From NCBI GenBank assembly GCA_038252125.1, contig JBBSAR010000001.1:1-42810 (forward strand): a stretch of 42,810 bases of DNA, read 5' to 3'. This stretch comes from Desulfatiglandales bacterium (GTDB lineage Bacteria; Desulfobacterota; DSM-4660; Desulfatiglandales; Desulfatiglandaceae). Positions 8,107 through 16,938 of this stretch are shown here, in pieces. The notes beneath the pieces are model-generated. The model was not told the DNA's origin and did no database searches. It saw only the letters and a list, made by a program, of their open reading frames with translations. Within the stretch, counting starts at the first letter, position 1. Each line of letters opens with the position of its first letter. Position numbers and translations under genes: made by a program.

Positions 8107-9249
8107 ATGAAGGTATTAGTGCTTTATGACTATCCTGCGTCTCCAGGAGGTCTGGCAACACAAGGCGAATTGCTGTATCGAGGATTAAAAGAAATCGGGG
8201 TGGATGTCTATCCGGTTAATTTTGAAGCTGCTCAAGAAAAAGAATGGTATTATCGCTGGTTTCACCCCGATATAGTTGTTGGTGTCGGGTATTGGGGGCA
8301 TACACCTCATCTTATCCTGCACCCGAAACAGTACGGTGCGATTCCGGTTCCCTGGTTTGTAGCGGATGGTTTTATCGCGAATTATCAAGAAATTCTAAAT
8401 GATCTGCCTTTAATCCTGGTGACCTCTCATTGGGTAAAAGACGTATATATAAGAGATGGTATTAAAGGTGACAATATTGAAGTTTTACCGGTAGGTTGTG
8501 ATACGGATGCTTTTCATCCATTTGATAAAGATAATCCAAAAGTAGCCGCTATTCGTGAAGCATTAGGGATTGATCCGGACGAAATCATGGTCTTAACTGT
8601 TGGCGGTGATGCTGCGTCTAAAGGGGCTCAAGAAGTTATGCAGGCCTTAGCAATCAATAATCCCAAAGCGCCTCCTTGGCGATATGTTTGTAAAGTCTGG
8701 CCTCAGGAAAGAACGCAACTGCAAAATTTAGCCGATTTGAAATTGGCGGAACAACTGGGTATCAAACAGAATATTGTTTATACAATGAACAGAGTTTCGC
8801 GAAATTTTATGCCTTATTTGATAAATGCCTGCGATATATATGCTGCTCCTTCACGATTAGAAGGTTTTGGCATGCCTCAAGTTGAGGCAGGCGCGTGTGC
8901 CAAACCGGTAATAGGCATCAAAGCCATGGGGATGCTTGACACCTTAATCCACGGCAAAACAGCATTATTAGCTGAAGTAGCCCAAGAAATTCTTATGAGG
9001 GAAACCATCCTTGGATCAGAATCCGGGTTCGAGGAAAGGCATCGACACACTTTTGTTGAACCTCGAACAATAGACTACAGGGCCAGTGTTCACGATATAG
9101 CAAACTACTTAATGGATCTTATGGAAAATCCTGATTTGCGAAATGAATTAGGGCAGGCCGCACGTGAGCGAGTCGTTGAAAACTATGATTATCGGAAAGT
9201 TGCCAAACGGTTTGTTGAAATAGTCGAGGAAAAACTGGGACGATTATAA
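8107..9249 (+). CDS. GT4 (group 1) glycosyltransferase
   Basis: GGAGG RBS. MKVLVLYDYPASPGGLATQG, and PSRLEGFGMPQVEAGACAKPVIGIKAMGMLDTLIHGKTALL (E-x7-E motif). Confidence 0.85.
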   Translation: MKVLVLYDYPASPGGLATQGELLYRGLKEIGVDVYPVNFEAAQEKEWYYRWFHPDIVVGVGYWGHTPHLILHPKQYGAIPVPWFVADGFIANYQEILNDLPLILVTSHWVKDVYIRDGIKGDNIEVLPVGCDTDAFHPFDKDNPKVAAIREALGIDPDEIMVLTVGGDAASKGAQEVMQALAINNPKAPPWRYVCKVWPQERTQLQNLADLKLAEQLGIKQNIVYTMNRVSRNFMPYLINACDIYAAPSRLEGFGMPQVEAGACAKPVIGIKAMGMLDTLIHGKTALLAEVAQEILMRETILGSESGFEERHRHTFVEPRTIDYRASVHDIANYLMDLMENPDLRNELGQAARERVVENYDYRKVAKRFVEIVEEKLGRL

Positions 9250-10421
9250 TGGAAACGAAATTGTTAACGGAAATTAACGACGCGAAAAGAGCAGCCATTG
9301 AGGTTTTACTTCACAATTCCCATGGTCCCTGTGGCGGCCTTCCTCGCACTGCCGGCTGGGGCTACCCTGAGCCCTATACCAGGGATTTAATGATTTCCAC
9401 TCTCGGCGTTCTATTGACCGGCAACGAAAAATTAATCAAATCTTTACAAAAGATTTTGGAATCTTTGGCAAAAAACCAAACACGCCTGGGACATATACCG
9501 TCTCTTGTGCATAATTCCAAAGAAAGAGGCGCCAGTGACACCACACCATTATTTTTATTGGCAGTCGCAATTTATAGAAAACATGTTGGGGACAATGACT
9601 TTTTAAAAGAATCTGCAAATAAAGCGCTTATCTGGATGGAATATCAATCCCCTTCAGATAGAGTACTCGTTTCTCAGCTGCCGACCAGCGACTGGCGTGA
9701 TGAACAGTGGGTTTTAGGTTACGGGCTTTTTGTTAATACTATTGTTTACGGTTATTTGCGACTTTTCGGTTTTTCTGAGAGAGCAGATCGGATAAGAACG
9801 CAGATGGAACGGTTGTCAATACGAGAAGAAGAAAAACATTATACTGATGAAGGCTTATTCATAAAACATAAACCCTATTATGCATTATGGTCATATAAAA
9901 TATACAATAGTGAACGTTTTGATCTGCTGGGCAATAGTTTAGCTATTATTATGGGCATAGCCCCGCCGGCCAGGGCAGTCAGGATTATTGCCTGGATAGA
10001 AAAAGAATGTCGGATTCTTCAGGAAAAAAAAGAACTGACTATGGATCTTCCACCAAATTTTTTCCCCTATATCATGCCGGGAGATAAAGATTGGCGCACG
10101 CGCTATGCTAAAATGAATGCTCCCGGGGAATATCATAATGGAGGTGTTTGGCCTTTTGTCTGCGGTTTTTATGTTGCAGCTTTGATCGCGGCAGGAAAGC
10201 ATAAACTCGCAGAGAAGAGATTTTATTCTCTTACAAAATGTGTAAAACAATCAAAAAACCCTGAACTTGCCTATGGATTTAACGAGTGGTTTAAGGCTCA
10301 AGATGGTAGCCCGCGGGGCAATGACTGGCAGACCTGGTCTGCATCAATGTATTTATATGCGGCTGCCTGCATTGAACAGAAGACGACTCCTTTTTTTGAA
10401 GAACTCCGTAAAGTATTGTGA
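9249..10421 (+). CDS. six-hairpin (alpha/alpha)6 glycosidase, amylo-alpha-1,6-glucosidase (GDE_C) / GH100 neutral-invertase-like
   Basis: GWGYPEPYTRDLMIS, SDTTPLFLLAV, TSDWRDEQW, GEYHNGGVWPFVCGFYVAAL and GFNEWF...QTWSASMYL. The YHNGG-WP and NEW...Q-WSA strings are characteristic of this fold. The start overlaps the upstream stop (TAATG). Confidence 0.7.
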   Translation: METKLLTEINDAKRAAIEVLLHNSHGPCGGLPRTAGWGYPEPYTRDLMISTLGVLLTGNEKLIKSLQKILESLAKNQTRLGHIPSLVHNSKERGASDTTPLFLLAVAIYRKHVGDNDFLKESANKALIWMEYQSPSDRVLVSQLPTSDWRDEQWVLGYGLFVNTIVYGYLRLFGFSERADRIRTQMERLSIREEEKHYTDEGLFIKHKPYYALWSYKIYNSERFDLLGNSLAIIMGIAPPARAVRIIAWIEKECRILQEKKELTMDLPPNFFPYIMPGDKDWRTRYAKMNAPGEYHNGGVWPFVCGFYVAALIAAGKHKLAEKRFYSLTKCVKQSKNPELAYGFNEWFKAQDGSPRGNDWQTWSASMYLYAAACIEQKTTPFFEELRKVL

Positions 10422-10494
10422 CTTCTCAAAAGCGGGGTATGGATAACAGCTTTTTGCAAAGCACAAGATTGAACTTCAATAGAGATAAAAAAAC

Positions 10495-11973
10495 ATGGAC
10501 ACAAAAAAGTATCTGACACCGAAAGTAAAAAGAAAAAAGAAAAGACTTCTGCGAGATACGTCACGTGTTATAACCCGTCTTCATCTCCCTGATGGCGGAC
10601 CTCGCATATCAAGAATTATTCGACGCATCGTGGACCTGCCTGACCCGATTGCCGAAGACCTTCTTTCACAAATAATGCTTGATTTTTCAGAGCGGCACAA
10701 AGACATCAGACACGTTTTTGAGCGTCACCTAAATGAGGTAGAAGATTACGTTCCTCGGGATGCCGTGCTCAGCGACACACAAAAGGCTCTCATTGGGGCC
10801 TATTTTACCATGGAGTACTCCGTAGAGTCGGCTGCCCTTTTTAACCCCTCCATTGTCCTCCACCCGGATCAGAGCCATCTGAAGGATGGCAGTTTGCGCT
10901 TTATCATGAGCCTGCGGGCAACCGGCGAAGGCCATGTTTCGTCAATTGTTTTTCGCAGCGGCGTCCTTGACCGGCATAATACTGTTACCTTCGACCCGAC
11001 CAGCGATTATGTCGAGACGCCTGACATTCAGTTAAATCCTGTTTACGACCGGTATCTCTTCCAGCTGAAGCTCAATGAAATGGAGGCCTGCGATGAGGTA
11101 ACAGCGCATATCCTTGACCAGTTGCCGGAAGATTTCACCTCTAAAGAATTAAAAGAAAAAATCGGAGCCCTTCGAGAAAGTCCCGTTTTCCCTGAGGCGC
11201 GCCAAGACCATACCTTCAAAATCATGTACTGGCTTGCCAATTCTAATTATGAGGTGAGTTTTCACGCGGATCACAGCATATCCGAACGGGTCATCTTTCC
11301 CGTTTCGAAAAACGAAAGCAGAGGCATTGAAGATGCGCGGTTCGTGCAATTTTTTGATGACAACGGGGAAGTTACCTATTACGCGACCTATACGGCTTAT
11401 AACGGCCTTAATATCCTCCCGCAACTGATTGAAACAAAGGATTTTATCAAATTCAGAGTGGTAACCCTCAACGGCAAAGCAATCCGAAACAAGGGCATGG
11501 CGCTTTTCCCGCGAAAAATTGACGGCAGCTACGTCATGCTGTCGCGCCAGGACGGTGAAAATAACCATATCATGTTCTCGGACAATATCCATTTTTGGCA
11601 GAAGTCCCAAATCATCCAGGAGCCTGAATATCCTTGGGAATTCATCCAGATCGGCAACTGCGGATCCCCCCTGGAGACCGATAAAGGCTGGATCGTGCTC
11701 ACCCACGGTGTCGGGCCTATGCGCAAGTATTGCATCGGCGCCATATTGCTTGATCTTGAAAATCCAACAAAAATCATCGCCCGCCTGGATGAGCCCTTGC
11801 TTTCCCCGCATGAAAAAGAGCGCGAGGGGTATGTGCCCAATGTCGTTTATACCTGCGGCGCGATTTTCCACAATAGCGATCTGATCATTCCCTATGGCAT
11901 GTCTGATAGTAAAACCGGCATAGCAGTTGTTGAAGTGAAAGAATTAATTCATTGTATGCATGCAGTGGCGTGA
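10495..11973 (+). CDS. GH130-family protein with ~250-aa N-terminal extension
   Basis: The C-terminal ~240 aa carry [71 protein letters not shown] and [10 protein letters not shown] (GH130 pattern). The N-terminus starts with a basic stretch, [12 protein letters not shown]. Confidence 0.85.
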   Translation: MDTKKYLTPKVKRKKKRLLRDTSRVITRLHLPDGGPRISRIIRRIVDLPDPIAEDLLSQIMLDFSERHKDIRHVFERHLNEVEDYVPRDAVLSDTQKALIGAYFTMEYSVESAALFNPSIVLHPDQSHLKDGSLRFIMSLRATGEGHVSSIVFRSGVLDRHNTVTFDPTSDYVETPDIQLNPVYDRYLFQLKLNEMEACDEVTAHILDQLPEDFTSKELKEKIGALRESPVFPEARQDHTFKIMYWLANSNYEVSFHADHSISERVIFPVSKNESRGIEDARFVQFFDDNGEVTYYATYTAYNGLNILPQLIETKDFIKFRVVTLNGKAIRNKGMALFPRKIDGSYVMLSRQDGENNHIMFSDNIHFWQKSQIIQEPEYPWEFIQIGNCGSPLETDKGWIVLTHGVGPMRKYCIGAILLDLENPTKIIARLDEPLLSPHEKEREGYVPNVVYTCGAIFHNSDLIIPYGMSDSKTGIAVVEVKELIHCMHAVA

Positions 11974-12023
11974 TTATTTTAAGGTTGTCGTTTCCCATAA
12001 ACAATGTAAATCGGAGAATAGAA

Positions 12024-12311
12024 ATGAAAATAAGACCATTAAGCGACAGAGTGCTTGTTTTGAGGATTGAGGAAAAGCAAAAAACAAAAGGGGGGATCAT
12101 CATACCGGACACGGCCAAGGAAAAACCGCAAGAGGGGAAGATAGCTGCTGTCGGTCCCGGAAAGTTGGATGAAAACGGAAAACGAATTCCCCTGGAAGTC
12201 AAGAAGGATGATCGCGTGCTTTTCGGTAAATATTCAGGCAGTGAAATCAAGATAGATGGTGTGGAGTACCTCATTATGAGCGAAAATGATATCCTGGGTA
12301 TCCTAAAGTAA
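12024..12311 (+). CDS. groES: co-chaperonin GroES
   Basis: [46 protein letters not shown]... is canonical Cpn10. ATG at 12024 with a GGAGAA RBS. The longer ORF-track start at 11952 overlaps the previous gene. Confidence 0.97.
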   Translation: MKIRPLSDRVLVLRIEEKQKTKGGIIIPDTAKEKPQEGKIAAVGPGKLDENGKRIPLEVKKDDRVLFGKYSGSEIKIDGVEYLIMSENDILGILK

Positions 12312-13952
<1,641 letters not shown>

Positions 13953-14059
13953 GGGGTCCGGATAGAACAGGCCTCCCTTAGGGCGGAATGTTTTCCCCAG
14001 ACTTGCAATTCAAACCCGGGGATTTTGAACAGGATACGTTTGTTTCACCTATGCAGCCT

Positions 14060-14087
14060 CCGGATCCGCCCATATGGGCGGATTCGG
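14060..14087. terminator. 28-nt near-perfect palindrome between convergent groEL and RelA/SpoT genes (candidate bidirectional terminator)
   Basis: CCGGATCCGCCCAT|ATGGGCGGATTCGG gives a 14-bp potential stem with one G-U pair. It lies 25 nt past the minus-strand stop and 108 nt past the groEL stop. There is no clear U-tract on either strand. Confidence 0.45.
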
Positions 14088-14111
14088 AGTTTCCGCGGGG
14101 GATGCACCGCT

Positions 14112-15242
14112 TTAACGTTCTTTTCTCCATCTTAGGGCGGATCTTAATCCTTCCTTCGCGACCCTGCTCCCTTGGATCTCGTCGAATAGGGCAAAATTTA
14201 CAGCATTTATTGCGTCAACGTTTCTCTTCCTGGTATCCTCAAATGCTTCCCGATTAAGAACTTCACGAAAAATAGTTTTAAATTCCAGGAGTCTGTCCTC
14301 CGTAAAGATTTTCTGAAGCAGAACATGAGGCTGCTCCGCATACCCGAATTCATCGAGACGCTTCAGCATGTATGTAAGCGTTCTGACTGTCAGTGTAAAA
14401 CCAAAGGTTTTTTCCAGAACCGCCTGGAGGGCCTGTTGCAATGTCGCCTGGTTGGATTCATCCACGTGAACCTTGTATGAATCGGGAGTAGCTATTATGG
14501 AAGACTTCAACTTTCTTTTCGCTTTTTTGGTCCTCAATATACTATAAGCCTCTGCCTGCCGGCATAAGTGCTCCGCCTGCAACGCGGCAGCCTGAAGGTA
14601 GGCGCTCAGATTGTAGAAGCCTGTGTGTATATATTCAGGGAGCACATAGCCGCTTCTGCTGAATACATATCTGTATTTGTGGTCAATTTCGCCCCAAGCC
14701 TCCTCAAGGATAGTGCGTAATTGCAATTCGATTTGAAGCGCTTTAAACTCATCGGGCGCATCTGAATTCCTGCCTAACCGTACCTGGTAATGAATGGATG
14801 AGTAGCCGCTGTATCGGAGATTAAGGCCTTCCGGAATTGTCTCACCGGGATCGACCGGCAAAACAAATGATCTTTTCTGATCCGGTTTCCCCAGGAATTG
14901 TAAAATTTTCTCCTCGGCCAGAAGTCCAAGATAGGCTTCGACTCTCTTGATATCTGAAAGTCGGAGACAAATAAGCCTGATTCCCAGTAGATCGCCCACT
15001 CTTTCCTGAAAATTCTTATGCGTGACAGGCTCAGCTTCAATCCCGAGTTGTTTGTTTTCTTCATCGATTTTCTCTATGAGCCTTGCTTCATCTTTGATTC
15101 GATATATCATTGTATGAAGGCTTTCCTTTGGCGACGAAGGATCTTCCCTGATGAGATGAATGATGTACTCCGCAAGTTTCTCGTATTTTCCCTTTTCCTT
15201 GAAGAACGCAATCAGGATATCTTCTTTCTGGCGTTTTCTCAT
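14112..15242 (-). CDS. RelA/SpoT-domain (alarmone-synthetase fold) protein with uncharacterised helical C-terminal domain
   Basis: GDLLGIRLICLRLSD, LRYSGYSSIHYQVRL and IELQLRTILEEAWGEIDHKYRY are the nucleotidyltransferase motifs of the RelA/SpoT synthetase domain. There is no HD hydrolase, TGS or ACT region. AGGAG RBS lies 9 nt upstream of the ATG at 15242. Residues ~205-376 are unrecognised. Confidence 0.85.
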   Translation of the reverse strand: MRKRQKEDILIAFFKEKGKYEKLAEYIIHLIREDPSSPKESLHTMIYRIKDEARLIEKIDEENKQLGIEAEPVTHKNFQERVGDLLGIRLICLRLSDIKRVEAYLGLLAEEKILQFLGKPDQKRSFVLPVDPGETIPEGLNLRYSGYSSIHYQVRLGRNSDAPDEFKALQIELQLRTILEEAWGEIDHKYRYVFSRSGYVLPEYIHTGFYNLSAYLQAAALQAEHLCRQAEAYSILRTKKAKRKLKSSIIATPDSYKVHVDESNQATLQQALQAVLEKTFGFTLTVRTLTYMLKRLDEFGYAEQPHVLLQKIFTEDRLLEFKTIFREVLNREAFEDTRKRNVDAINAVNFALFDEIQGSRVAKEGLRSALRWRKER

Positions 15243-15526
15243 GATTCAGATCTCCTGTGACGATTCCGTATTAGCCCACAGCAACTATCTGTATGTTTTA
15301 TAGGACGGAAAGAATAGATGAAATATGGTCGAACAGAGCCGGTGGTTTGCTTTGAGTTCCGAATGATGGAGGTTATATATCATGGGAGGCATGAGATAGC
15401 AATCATAATGCCCTGGTTCCAGCAATTCTCGTAATAACAAATGCTATCCCCCGGCGTATGTGCTTGATCAACCTGGTCCAAATAGATATACTTGGATCAT
15501 CGTTTCTCTGAAATCGGGAGTGGACC

Positions 15527-15712
15527 ATGATTATCAATGTATCTGAAGCGAAAACAAATCCTTCCAAACTCATCGATATGGCGTATCACGGGGAAGAGGT
15601 GATCATTGCGAAGAATAATCTGCCCCTCGTTGCTGCACATATTCCTTTAAACCGTGGATTCAGGAGATGGAATGACCGGCCTTCAGCACAGTCCGCGGGG
15701 CTTTTCCCTTGA
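15527..15712 (+). pseudogene. Phd/YefM-type antitoxin remnant (only the N-terminal ~40 aa are recognisable)
   Basis: MIINVSEAKTNPSKLIDMAYHGEEVIIAKNNLPLVA..IPL matches the N-terminal DNA-binding half of Phd/YefM antitoxins (ISEAK..LS.L......GEEVII...GKP.A.LVP). The remaining 20 aa are unrelated and overlap the pqiA start. No toxin gene follows. Confidence 0.45.
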
Positions 15713-16325
15713 CGGCATAAGCGCCTGTCCGGAGTGCGATCTTCTGCTGCGGCTCAATGGGGAGGAAGCGCCGGGTATGGTGGAAAAATGTCTCCGGTGC
15801 GGAGCGGTCCTGCACGATACAAAGAAAGATTCGTTACAACATATTCCGGCGCTGAGTCTCAGCGGTCTTATTCTCTTTCCTCCGGCCATGCTGCTTCCGA
15901 TCATGAAATTGAGCGTCTTGAACCTGGGAGATTCCGCCAATATTTTGCAGGGTGTGAGCGCTTTGTTCAGATCGGGGTTTTATCTGGTTGCCCTTATTGT
16001 GCTTCTTACCAGTGCGGTTATTCCATTTGTGAAAGTCGCGCTCCTGTTTTGCCTTTCCGTCTGCATCCGCTTTAAATGGTTTACGGAATTGCTCCCACCG
16101 GGTTTTAGAGCGTACCTGTTTATGGACGAATGGGGAATGTTGGAGATCTATATGCTTGGAATCCTGGTTTCCATTATCAAATTGGGGGATATTGCAAACA
16201 TCAGCTACGGGATTGGATTATACTGTTTTGTGGGAGTCCTGGCCTTATCCCTTTTTTCATCGGCGGCCCTCTCCGAGCATCAGTATTGGGACCTCATCGA
16301 AGAGGTAAACAAAAAGAATGGTTGA
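15672..16325 (+). CDS. pqiA: paraquat-inducible protein A-like membrane protein (first half-size PqiA)
   Basis: Zinc-ribbon CPECDLLL...CLRCGAVLH is followed by 4 hydrophobic segments (PALSLSGLILFPPAMLLPIM...). The ATG at 15672 has AGGAG 5 nt upstream; a GTG at 15654 is also possible. Confidence 0.85.
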   Translation: MTGLQHSPRGFSLDGISACPECDLLLRLNGEEAPGMVEKCLRCGAVLHDTKKDSLQHIPALSLSGLILFPPAMLLPIMKLSVLNLGDSANILQGVSALFRSGFYLVALIVLLTSAVIPFVKVALLFCLSVCIRFKWFTELLPPGFRAYLFMDEWGMLEIYMLGILVSIIKLGDIANISYGIGLYCFVGVLALSLFSSAALSEHQYWDLIEEVNKKNG

Positions 16326-16938
16326 CAGACCCCTCACCGCGGCGGATGCGGGATTGGCGCTCTGCCTTATATGCAATAAATTGTCGGTTATAAAAGACGA
16401 TGACGGGGCCCACCAGCTCTGTACCCGGTGCGGGGCGAAGCTGCATGTAAGAAAGCCCGACAGCATTGCGAGGACCTGGGCATTGCTCCTGACCAGTTTT
16501 ATCATGCTGTTTCCCGCATATCTCCTGCCCATCATGACCGTCACATCGTTCGGCCACCGGTATCCGAGCACCATTATGGAGGGGATCGAGCATTTTATCC
16601 AGGAGGGGACCTATTTCATTGGATTCCTCATTTTTTTTACCAGTATTCTTGTTCCCGTTTCCAAACTCATCGGGATTATGCTGATCCTGCTTTGCATTCA
16701 ACGAAACTGGAAGACCTCCTTACGGCAGAAGGCCATTATGCTGAGGGTCATTCGATTTATCGGGCGGTGGTCCATGTTGGATATTTTTGTGATCGCCATC
16801 ATGGTGGCCCTGGTGAACCTGGGGGCCTTGACGACCATTGAAGCGGCCCCTGCCGCAACTTTTTTTGCAATGGTCGTTGTCCTGACCATGCTGGCGGCCA
16901 TCTCTTTTGATACGCGACACCTATGGGAGAATAGATGA
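16318..16938 (+). CDS. pqiA: paraquat-inducible protein A-like membrane protein (second half-size PqiA)
   Basis: CLICNKL...CTRCGAKLHVRKPDS followed by TWALLLTSFIMLFPAYLLPIMTV repeats the architecture of the upstream gene. It overlaps the upstream gene by 8 nt and pqiB by 4 nt. Confidence 0.85.
   Translation: MVDRPLTAADAGLALCLICNKLSVIKDDDGAHQLCTRCGAKLHVRKPDSIARTWALLLTSFIMLFPAYLLPIMTVTSFGHRYPSTIMEGIEHFIQEGTYFIGFLIFFTSILVPVSKLIGIMLILLCIQRNWKTSLRQKAIMLRVIRFIGRWSMLDIFVIAIMVALVNLGALTTIEAAPAATFFAMVVVLTMLAAISFDTRHLWENR

Noticed and set aside
11900-12023. Search for a CIRCE (TTAGCACTC-N9-GAGTGCTAA) operator or clear sigma32 promoter upstream of groES
   Set aside because: No CIRCE-like inverted repeat is present. 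GTTGAAG (11927-11933) and a downstream CCCATAAA string only loosely resemble sigma32 -35/-10 boxes, and their spacing is wrong. No call made.
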